Assembly: GCA_037128175.1 (NCBI GenBank)
Contig: JBAXWY010000058.1
Span: 1-14,769, forward strand
Origin: Methanothrix sp.
GTDB lineage: Archaea > Halobacteriota > Methanosarcinia > Methanotrichales > Methanotrichaceae
Length of the DNA stretch: 14,769 nt
Reading direction: 5' to 3'
Part shown: in pieces, positions 1 to 7,652 of the stretch
Layout: each line of letters opens with the position of its first letter
How positions within the stretch are numbered: position 1 is the first letter of the stretch
The notes under the pieces: generated by a model
The model's database searches: none
Seen by the model: only the letters and a program-made list of their open reading frames with translations
Told to the model about the DNA's origin: nothing
Translations under genes and position numbers: made by a program

Positions 1-49
1 ATGATTATATATAAAACCTTATCCTTAGGTTTATATCAGCCCAGCTGTA

Positions 50-826
50 CTAGATGGTTCAGTTCCTGAAATTCATGATGCCTGCCGAGGGGTGGGAAGC
101 TTCAAGAAAGCCATGGAAGGGATAGCCTGCCTAAAGAGTTATCAAATTCCGTTGACTGTAAGGGTGACCATCAATCGGTACAATGTGAACGATTTGGAAA
201 ATATCGCAGAACTATTGCTAGAAGAAATAGGACTGCCAAGTTTCTCCACAAATAGTGCAACACATTTTGGGCTATGCAAAAACAATGCAGAGCAAGTCCA
301 ACTTACTCCAGATGAACACTATCTAGCGATGAATACTCTTCAGATATTGAATATTAGATATTCAGATCGAATTCAAGCCCAGGCAGGGCCCCTTGCCAAT
401 TTGAAAGCATGGAACAAAATGAAAAAATCCCTCGCACAGGGCTTAGAAGAGCCATCAAATCTAGGTTTTGGTCATTTGACCTCTTGTGGAGGTCCAATGA
501 CGAATATAGCAATACGGGCGGATGGGGTTATTGTACCATGTAGCTTGCTTAGCCACATTGAGCTGGGTAGAATAAACGAAGATAACCTAACGGAAATATG
601 GTCCCATCATCCCCAGCTAATTAGACTTAGGGAGAGACACAAGATTTCGCTCAAAGATTTCAAATTCTGCAGAGGATGTGATTACATTGAGTATTGCAGG
701 GGAGGTTGTCCTGCCGTCGCCTACAACATTTTAGGCAACGAATATCATCCCAGCCCAGATTCATGTCTAAAGAGATTCCTTGAGGCTAGCGGCACATTGC
801 TCACGAAAAGGTGCGAGACACCATGA
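50..826 (+). CDS. scmE: 5'-truncated radical SAM/SPASM protein, SynChlorMet cassette ScmE-like (C-terminal two thirds only; probably disrupted)
   Basis: The frame is open upstream of the GTG at 92 and reads LDGSVPEIHDACRGVGSF from nt 50, the radical SAM 'S(I/L)DG...HD..RG.GSF' motif. A SPASM cysteine array is present (SCGG...RADGVIVPC...CRGCDYIEYCRGGC...HPSPDSCLKRFL). There is no CxxxCxxC, and an in-frame TAG lies at 26-28. Confidence 0.8.
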   Translation, partial: LDGSVPEIHDACRGVGSFKKAMEGIACLKSYQIPLTVRVTINRYNVNDLENIAELLLEEIGLPSFSTNSATHFGLCKNNAEQVQLTPDEHYLAMNTLQILNIRYSDRIQAQAGPLANLKAWNKMKKSLAQGLEEPSNLGFGHLTSCGGPMTNIAIRADGVIVPCSLLSHIELGRINEDNLTEIWSHHPQLIRLRERHKISLKDFKFCRGCDYIEYCRGGCPAVAYNILGNEYHPSPDSCLKRFLEASGTLLTKRCETP

Positions 827-1929
827 ATAAAGCCATCCATGACAACAAGAGTTTCCCACTCAACGTGCTATATTTCTATCTAACAAAAGGGTGCAATTTG
901 GCTTGTCGTCATTGCTGGGTTGCACCTAAGTATCAAAAAGATGATCAGATTTATCCTAGCCTTCCCCTAGATCTATTCAGATCTATAATATATCAGGCAA
1001 AACCCTTGGGCCTCAATAGCATAAAACTCACGGGAGGAGAACCGTTACTCCATCCTAAAATTGTAGATATTCTTGAGTTGACCAGGATAGAGAAGCTTAG
1101 GCTAGTTGTGGAAACAAATGGCGTCCTTTGTTCTCCGATCTTGGCGAGAAAGATCGCTGAGTGCAAAGACCCTTCTGTTTCAGTTAGCATCGACGGTACT
1201 GATGCCGAGACGCACGAATGGCTCCGGGGCGTTCCAGGATGCTACGAAGCTGCTTTAAATGGCGTACGTAACCTTGTTGATGCAGGACTTAAACCCCAGC
1301 TTATCATGACTTTGAACAAGAGAAACAAGAATCAAAAAGAAGATTTCTTAGAACTAGCTGAATCCTTAGGTTGCGGTTCAATAAAATTTAATATGGTACA
1401 GAATGTGGGACGCGGAGAGATAATGCATCGAGATGGAGAAACCTTAACTATTGAGGAACTTGTCGCCACCAATGAATATTTAGAAAATAGCCTTTCCAAG
1501 TCGACAAAGCTTACGGTGTTTGCCAGTCATCCACTTGCATTTCGCCCTCTAAGTAGGATGTTTGGTTCTCTCGGGAATGGATGTCAGACCTGTGGTGTTC
1601 TTGGAATTCTAGGCGTTCTTGCAGATGGTTCCTATGCACTCTGTGGTATTGGCGAAACCATTCCGGAACTTATTTTCGGTAATGCAGCCCGAGATAAATT
1701 AGCGGATATTTGGGAAAAATCAATTTTACTTCAGGAAATCCGCAAAGGAGTACATGAGCACTTAAAGGGAATTTGCAGCGAGTGTATTGTAAAGAACATG
1801 TGTCTCGGGCATTGTATAGCAAATAACTACCACAATAGTAAAGACCTATGGGCACCACACTGGTATTGCGAAGAAGCTTATAAAGCAGGGCTGTTTCCAG
1901 AGAGCAGACTAACTAAGGGAATATCTTAA
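823..1929 (+). CDS. scmF: Radical SAM/SPASM protein, SynChlorMet cassette ScmF-like
   Basis: Motifs: YFYLTKGCNLACRHCW (CxxxCxxC), KLTGGEPLLHP, ETNG, VSIDG, and SPASM cysteines (CQTC...YALCGIG...CSECIVKNMCLGHC...WYCE). I prefer the ATG at 823 (ATGA overlap with the upstream stop at 824-826) over the GTG at 811. Confidence 0.88.
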   Translation: MNKAIHDNKSFPLNVLYFYLTKGCNLACRHCWVAPKYQKDDQIYPSLPLDLFRSIIYQAKPLGLNSIKLTGGEPLLHPKIVDILELTRIEKLRLVVETNGVLCSPILARKIAECKDPSVSVSIDGTDAETHEWLRGVPGCYEAALNGVRNLVDAGLKPQLIMTLNKRNKNQKEDFLELAESLGCGSIKFNMVQNVGRGEIMHRDGETLTIEELVATNEYLENSLSKSTKLTVFASHPLAFRPLSRMFGSLGNGCQTCGVLGILGVLADGSYALCGIGETIPELIFGNAARDKLADIWEKSILLQEIRKGVHEHLKGICSECIVKNMCLGHCIANNYHNSKDLWAPHWYCEEAYKAGLFPESRLTKGIS

Positions 1930-1938
1930 TTTGGCTTA

Positions 1939-2058
1939 AGGGCTGACGGGTGATAAAGTATCCAAATTTTGGCTCCCGCAGTAAGAAAATCGCTATCATT
2001 AAACGAAGTGATTTCAGGCATGCCTTTGGAAATGAGTAAATTATCTCCCGTCAACCCC
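1939..2058. mobile_element. 120-bp MITE (non-autonomous element, IS5/IS1031-like ends)
   Basis: 18-bp terminal inverted repeats AGGGCTGACGGGTGATAA (1939-1956) and TTATCTCCCGTCAACCCC (2041-2058) match at 15/18. They are flanked by a TTA direct repeat at 1936-1938 and 2059-2061. Confidence 0.75.
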
Positions 2059-2151
2059 TTAGGGCAACTTCGTATAATCAACCGCAGGATTATCAAAGTA
2101 ATAGTAATAGAGGCATCGTGGCTATATCCATCACTGCGTTTCACCATTCAT

Positions 2152-2166
2152 CAAAATGATTATATG
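2152..2166 (+). promoter_or_regulatory. Putative archaeal BRE/TATA promoter for the DUF1616-like gene
   Basis: CAAAATGATTATATG begins 39 nt upstream of the ATG at 2191, a spacing that fits a leaderless or short-leader transcript. Confidence 0.4.
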
Positions 2167-2190
2167 TAACCTGCAATATCTACGCATGAT

Positions 2191-3066
2191 ATGGAGGGCA
2201 CAGAAAAAACCATAGCGTATGCATTCGCTGCTGCCTGTGTCTTGGGAATAATAATTGTTGGCGCGCTGGTACTGACGAGCCATACGACCGAAGAAGAGTT
2301 CTCAGAAATATATTTTGAAGATCCAGATAGGCTTCCCAGTATGGTCAAAATAGGCGACAAGATCGATTTCGCATTCACTACCATATCGCATGAGAAAAAG
2401 CAGACCGCCTATGATTATAAAGTAACCTATGATGGCCATGACATAATGTCTGGATCCTTCTCTCTTGAGCCCTCCAGTTCAAAGACGATAAATGTAAACA
2501 TAACGCCCGAGAACACAAGCCAGGTCAAAATGACAGATCCTGTCGTGAACTTATCCAAAATGAAATATAAAGCTGCATCGTGCACCATATCAAGACAAGA
2601 CGACGGATTTGATCGGATGGAATTATTACCACCACCTAATGGCTACTCATTGGTATTATGCGGCGCAAATGCAATCAGACTTCAGATCATGGATAGTGTT
2701 GGCCTATTGATATTTGATCCAAAATTAAAGGAATCATACAATACCAGCTTTCGTACCGTAATCCCAGAAGTACGCATAGCGTCATCAGATGGACCATTTC
2801 TCTCTAATTTAGGATATATGATACGTCGCGATGACTGGAATATAGTCAATGACAGAGGCAACATCGATATCATGCACAAGAATTCCAGTACTATCTATCG
2901 TTATGGCTTAAAGAAGGTATCCGTGAAGGTGTCATCTGCGAATTCTGAGATACGTGGAGCTGGAGCCAAACCCGCAGTTAGTGAGACGCGGACTGGTTCT
3001 GAATACGAGATTCATTTTAGGATTACGGTAAAGGAAGATCCAGATAAGCTGCTGAACATTTTGTGA
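2191..3066 (+). CDS. DUF1616-like membrane-anchored archaeal surface protein
   Basis: One N-terminal hydrophobic helix (IAYAFAAACVLGIIIVGALVL), then EEFSEIYFEDPDRLP...DFAFTTISHEKKQTAYDYKV, and C-terminal KKVSVKV...YEIHFRITVKE. This resembles the DUF1616 pattern. Confidence 0.6.
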   Translation: MEGTEKTIAYAFAAACVLGIIIVGALVLTSHTTEEEFSEIYFEDPDRLPSMVKIGDKIDFAFTTISHEKKQTAYDYKVTYDGHDIMSGSFSLEPSSSKTINVNITPENTSQVKMTDPVVNLSKMKYKAASCTISRQDDGFDRMELLPPPNGYSLVLCGANAIRLQIMDSVGLLIFDPKLKESYNTSFRTVIPEVRIASSDGPFLSNLGYMIRRDDWNIVNDRGNIDIMHKNSSTIYRYGLKKVSVKVSSANSEIRGAGAKPAVSETRTGSEYEIHFRITVKEDPDKLLNIL

Positions 3067-3173
3067 TACGACAAAGCTCGCGCACGCACCGAATCGATTT
3101 TGATGATAGTTGCTTTCGGTCTGCAGATCTGGTGCATCAACGCGTATGCATTCAATATCTAACGCTAATAGGG

Positions 3174-3187
3174 CAAAATTGATTATG
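3174..3187 (+). promoter_or_regulatory. Putative BRE/TATA promoter of the glycan operon
   Basis: CAAAATTGATTATG begins 39 nt upstream of the ATG at 3213, the same motif and spacing as before 2191. Confidence 0.35.
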
Positions 3188-3212
3188 TTGAAGCCCTAAT
3201 GAACTTCTTGAT

Positions 3213-4220
3213 ATGGAGTTCTTGCTTTCTCTGTGCGTGCTGATCAGCTTTCTAACCACTTTGATTATTACACCTAAGTGGATTCGTAAAGCTCTGAAGA
3301 TCGGCCTGCATGGTTATGATATGAACAAGCCCGGTAAGCCAAAGGTTGCTGAGATGGGTGGGATCTGCGTCGTCTTCGGCTTTGTGCTTGGGATGCTGGC
3401 CTATATCGGCCTCATGACTTTCTACTTGCATAGTCCGAAATACATTGATCTCATGGCTGTTCTCTGCACCGTGCTCATGACCTGCATAATCGGGATGATG
3501 GATGACCACCTGGGCTGGAAGAAGGGGCTACGGCAGTGGCAGAAGCCGATCTTCACTCTATTTGCCGCCCTGCCCATGATGGTCGTGAACGCAGGGCACT
3601 CCACCATGAACCTGCCCATTCTGGGCACCATAGATTGGGGCATCCTCTATCCGCTCTTGATAGTTCCCCTCGGAATAGTCGGAGCTTCGAACGCCTATAA
3701 CCTGCTGGGTGGGTATAACGGGCTTGAGGCCGGGATGGGAGTGATAATATTATTAGTACTTGGCTATGTCGGGCTGCAGAATGGTAAATCGGATGCATCT
3801 GTTCTTGCCCTGGTTATGGTGGGCGCTCTGCTGGCATTTCTCTATTTCAACTGGTATCCTGCCAAGGTTTTTCCCGGCGACACGCTGACGTACTCCGTGG
3901 GCGCGCTCGTAGCCTGCGTGGCGATTTTGGGAGACATGGAAAAGATTGCGATTTTACTCTTCATACCTTATGTAATTGACTTCATTCTGCCCATGCGAAA
4001 GGGGCTCAATGTAGAGGCATTTGCCAAGGTGAACGAGGATGGAAGCCTGGAGCAGCCCTATGATAAGATATATGATACCACGCATCTGGCGATTGCGGTA
4101 CTAAGAAATATAAAGCGGAAGGTCTATGAGAGGGATGTGGTGGTGTTTATATATTTGATGGAAATTGTAATGGTAGGATTAGTGTGGATTGTGTATTTGA
4201 GAGAAAATGCGATTTTATGA
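3213..4220 (+). CDS. aglH: UDP-GlcNAc:dolichyl-phosphate GlcNAc-1-phosphate transferase (AglH/GPT, MraY-WecA superfamily)
   Basis: Polytopic membrane protein with DMNKPGKPKVAEMGG, IGMMDD, NAYNLLGGYNGLEAG and FNWYPAKVFPGD. These are the archaeal/eukaryotic GPT-type motifs. Confidence 0.88.
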   Translation: MEFLLSLCVLISFLTTLIITPKWIRKALKIGLHGYDMNKPGKPKVAEMGGICVVFGFVLGMLAYIGLMTFYLHSPKYIDLMAVLCTVLMTCIIGMMDDHLGWKKGLRQWQKPIFTLFAALPMMVVNAGHSTMNLPILGTIDWGILYPLLIVPLGIVGASNAYNLLGGYNGLEAGMGVIILLVLGYVGLQNGKSDASVLALVMVGALLAFLYFNWYPAKVFPGDTLTYSVGALVACVAILGDMEKIAILLFIPYVIDFILPMRKGLNVEAFAKVNEDGSLEQPYDKIYDTTHLAIAVLRNIKRKVYERDVVVFIYLMEIVMVGLVWIVYLRENAIL

Positions 4221-4252
4221 TGATAATAATAAGTGAGGAGGGCTAACAATAA

Positions 4253-5341
4253 ATGAAGGTATTATTTGATATAGGGCATCCGGCAGACGTCCATTTGTTT
4301 AAATATACTATTAAGAATTTAGAAAAAGATAATCATGAGATTAAGATATGTATTAGAGAACGAGAAAATATAGTTAAAAAATTATTAGATTACTATGAGT
4401 TTAATTATGAAAATTTAGAAAAGAATACCCCCGGATTGTTTAATAAAGCAATTACGATGTTTAAAAATGATTATAAATTAATTAAAATATCTAAAAGATT
4501 TAATCCTGATATTTATGTGAGTTTATCCTCTCCATATTCTGCACAGGTTAGTAAATTATTAGGACGCCATTCTATCACCTTTACCGATTCGGAACCTACG
4601 AGATTAACGCTAGCTTTAACCATGCCCTTTACGGATGTAATTATAACTCCTAGCGGATTTGCAGGGGATTTAGGCAAAAAGCAAATTCGAATTAGCGGAT
4701 ACAAAGAACTTGCATATCTTCATCCCAATTGGTACAAGCCCAAATCGGACATTTTGAGAATACTCGGTGTATTAAAAGATGAACCATATGTGATTCTTCG
4801 ATTTAGCGCCTTCGATGCAAGCCATGATATCGGGATTAAAGGATTCTCTTTGGAAGACAAACGGAGATTGGTCAAGGAATTAGGCAAATATGCGAAGGTA
4901 TTTATATCGTCCGAGGTAAAACTGCCATTAGATCTCAAAAAATATAGCTTAGATATACCACAACATAGAATGCATGATGCATTGTATTATGCATCGATGT
5001 TGGTAGGTGATACACAAACCTCGACAACGGAAGCTGCTTGTCTTGGCACACCAGCAGTACGATGCAATTCATTCGTTGGTCAAAATGATATGAGCAACTT
5101 TATAGAGCTAGAAAAAATATATGGCCTAATTTTTAATTATAATCTGCCAGAAAATGCAATAGAAAAGTCAATCGAGCTAATTCAACAGCAAGATCTTAAG
5201 GAAAAATGGATAAATAAAAAAGAAAAATTGTATAAAGAGAAAATTAATGTGACCGCTTTCCTGACATGGTTTATTGAGAATTATCCCGAGAGCTTAAGGA
5301 TGACGAAAGAAAATCCATCTTTCCAGGAACGTTTTAGATGA
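4253..5341 (+). CDS. DUF354 family protein (predicted GT-B fold)
   Basis: Motifs: MKVLFDIGHPADVHLFK, FTDSE, GYKELAYLHPNWYKP, YVILRF...ASHD, GDTQTSTTEAACLGTPA. An RBS-like GAGGAGG lies upstream. Confidence 0.85.
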   Translation: MKVLFDIGHPADVHLFKYTIKNLEKDNHEIKICIRERENIVKKLLDYYEFNYENLEKNTPGLFNKAITMFKNDYKLIKISKRFNPDIYVSLSSPYSAQVSKLLGRHSITFTDSEPTRLTLALTMPFTDVIITPSGFAGDLGKKQIRISGYKELAYLHPNWYKPKSDILRILGVLKDEPYVILRFSAFDASHDIGIKGFSLEDKRRLVKELGKYAKVFISSEVKLPLDLKKYSLDIPQHRMHDALYYASMLVGDTQTSTTEAACLGTPAVRCNSFVGQNDMSNFIELEKIYGLIFNYNLPENAIEKSIELIQQQDLKEKWINKKEKLYKEKINVTAFLTWFIENYPESLRMTKENPSFQERFR

Positions 5342-6435
5342 AAATTGCATGTGTTATAGGCGTAAGACCCGAATTCGTTCAAGCAGAGCCAGTTATAAAC
5401 AATTTAAAGAAACATGATGTAATTCTTGTGCATACAGGTCAACATTACGATTATGAGATGTCAAAGGTTTTCTTTAACGAGCTGGATCTACCTGAGCCAA
5501 ATTACCACCTGGAAGTCGGATCCGGATTGCATGGATACCAGACGGGAATAATGCTAAAAAGCATTGAAGACGTATATATAAAAGAGGAACCAGATAGCGT
5601 ATTAGTATTTGGTGATACAAATACGACTTTAGCAGGGGCACTAGCTGCTGTAAAGCTGCACATCCCTCTGGCGCATGTCGAAGCCGGATTGAGGAGTTTC
5701 GATAGGCGAATGCCTGAGGAGATAAATCGAGTTGTAGTTGATCATGTTTCGAATATGCTCTTTGCACCTACAAGCACGGCAGTAATCAATCTTTCTAATG
5801 AAGGAATTTCTGAATGTGTTTTTAATACGGGCGATGTAATGTATGATTCATTGCTTCAGAAGACGGACTCTATTAAAAATAATCGAGATATTTTAGATGA
5901 ATATCATCTGCAGGCGCAAAAATATTTTTTGATAACACTTCATAGATCAGAAAATACAGAGTGCTTTGAGAATTTGAAGAATATACTTCTCGCAATCAAC
6001 GAATCGGGTAAACAATTTATATTCCCAATCCATCCCAGAACCAAGAAGTTTATAGAAAAATATTCTTTGTCACCTCTATTGAATAAAATGGATAATATTC
6101 TGATAATTAAGCCACTTGGTTCTCTAAATTTCCTGAGGATCTTGCAGGGGGCCAAGAAAGTTTTGACCGACTCAGGGGGAATTCAAAAGCAGGCATTTAT
6201 GCTGGGAATACCCTGCATCACCCTCCGAGAGAATACAGAATGGGTTGAAACTGTGGAAATGGGATGGAATGTATTGGTTGGCACGGATAAAGAAAAAATC
6301 AAAAAAATGATAAATATTTTTAGCCCCCAAGGAGAGCGCCCCAGAGTATATGGAGAAGGAAAAGCAAGCAAAAAAATATCTGAAATATTGACATCTATGG
6401 CAGATAAGAAAAGAGGGAGCCAGAAAAGAATATGA
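5338..6435 (+). CDS. wecB: UDP-N-acetylglucosamine 2-epimerase (non-hydrolysing) family
   Basis: Motifs: GVRPEF, VHTGQHYD, GDTNTTLAGAL, HVEAGLRSFDRRMPEEINR, TLHRSEN, TDSGGIQK, TLRENTEWVETV. ATGA overlap with the upstream gene. Confidence 0.93.
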   Translation: MKIACVIGVRPEFVQAEPVINNLKKHDVILVHTGQHYDYEMSKVFFNELDLPEPNYHLEVGSGLHGYQTGIMLKSIEDVYIKEEPDSVLVFGDTNTTLAGALAAVKLHIPLAHVEAGLRSFDRRMPEEINRVVVDHVSNMLFAPTSTAVINLSNEGISECVFNTGDVMYDSLLQKTDSIKNNRDILDEYHLQAQKYFLITLHRSENTECFENLKNILLAINESGKQFIFPIHPRTKKFIEKYSLSPLLNKMDNILIIKPLGSLNFLRILQGAKKVLTDSGGIQKQAFMLGIPCITLRENTEWVETVEMGWNVLVGTDKEKIKKMINIFSPQGERPRVYGEGKASKKISEILTSMADKKRGSQKRI

Positions 6436-7652
6436 TGTTAAAAAAGTCTAATTTATTGATAATATCTGACCGGTATCCCCATGAAAAGGATACAATAAGC
6501 TCATCCTTTGTGAAGGGCCAGGTCGATTGCTTGAAAAATTACGTTGCCCATATCGATGTAATCGCATTGACCCCCTTTGTCCCCAGGTTTCTCTCTCAAT
6601 TCTCGTTCATGAACCCCAGATGGCGGAGAGATGCCTTTGCAAAGGATTATAAGTACGATAATGTAAGCGTATTTTTTGCCAGGTATTTTACTCTGCCGTT
6701 TGAGTTCTCAAGGAGGTGGCGAGGGGATGAAGCATTTAAAGTTGTGGAGAAAATAATAAGAAGAAGAAAAATGCATTTTGATTTAATACACGCACACTTC
6801 ACGTATCCCTCAGGATATGTCGGAGCAAAGCTCAAAGAAGACTATAAAACGCCTGTGATTCTAACTGTGCATGAAGACCATGATGTGTTTTTAAGGGAGA
6901 TTCTATCGAATAACAGGAACATAATTTATACATGGAATTCTGTAGATAAAATTATCCGGGTTAATAAAAAAGATCTAATGGAATTCAAACGATTACAGAT
7001 CGATGAGTCTAAACTGATGTTCTTACCAAATGGCTATTCCCAAGACCTGTTTTTCCCAATGGACTCGAATAATGCGCGCATAAAGCTCAAATTGCCTTTA
7101 GATAAGACGATCCTCGTCAACATAGCCAGCCTGGAAGCTTACAAAGGCCAGAAATATCTGATTGAAGCCATGAAAAAAATTTTGGTTATAAGACAAGATA
7201 TAATGCTCTATATCGTAGGCCAGGGGTCCTTGGAAAATAGCCTTTCGTCGCTTATAAATAAGTATGGCCTTCAAGATAATGTCATCCTGGCAGGAGGAAA
7301 CAAGCCTCGTGAAGAGATCGCTCTCTGGATGAATGCCTGCGATGTCTTTGTCCTGCCAAGCCTGAGCGAGAGCTTCGGGATCGTGCAGATCGAGGCTATG
7401 GCCTGCGGCAAGCCCGTTGTGGCAACGAGAAACGGTGGCAGCGAGGAAATTGTCATAGATGACAAGCTGGGTATACTAGTTGAATCAAGGGATAGTGAAG
7501 GGTTAGCGAGAGCGATATTCACTGTGCTAAATGAAGGGTGGGATCAGAAGTATATCCAAGAATACGCAAAGAAGTTTACTTGGGATCGGATAACAAATAA
7601 ATTAATGATAACATATAGTGAAATTCTCAAGACGGATCTCTTTGGAGATTAG
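6432..7652 (+). CDS. Glycosyltransferase family 4 (GT-B, TuaC-like)
   Basis: Motifs: DLIHAHFTYPSG, YKGQKYLIEA, ACDVFVLPSLSESFGIVQIEAMACGKPVVATRNGG (EX7E motif). ATGA overlap with wecB. Confidence 0.92.
   Translation: MMLKKSNLLIISDRYPHEKDTISSSFVKGQVDCLKNYVAHIDVIALTPFVPRFLSQFSFMNPRWRRDAFAKDYKYDNVSVFFARYFTLPFEFSRRWRGDEAFKVVEKIIRRRKMHFDLIHAHFTYPSGYVGAKLKEDYKTPVILTVHEDHDVFLREILSNNRNIIYTWNSVDKIIRVNKKDLMEFKRLQIDESKLMFLPNGYSQDLFFPMDSNNARIKLKLPLDKTILVNIASLEAYKGQKYLIEAMKKILVIRQDIMLYIVGQGSLENSLSSLINKYGLQDNVILAGGNKPREEIALWMNACDVFVLPSLSESFGIVQIEAMACGKPVVATRNGGSEEIVIDDKLGILVESRDSEGLARAIFTVLNEGWDQKYIQEYAKKFTWDRITNKLMITYSEILKTDLFGD

Noticed and set aside
26-28. Pyrrolysine read-through of the in-frame TAG upstream of scmE
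   Set aside because: The flanking residues do not resemble the radical SAM domain, and a TGA lies in frame at 2-4.
1926-2169. ORFs 1969-2169 (+) and 1926-2147 (-)
   Set aside because: They run through the MITE and show no protein-family features, so they were not taken as a RiPP precursor.
3169-3198. Inverted repeat TAGGGC...GCCCTA around the aglH promoter
   Set aside because: It has only 6-bp arms with an 18-nt spacer, which can arise by chance.
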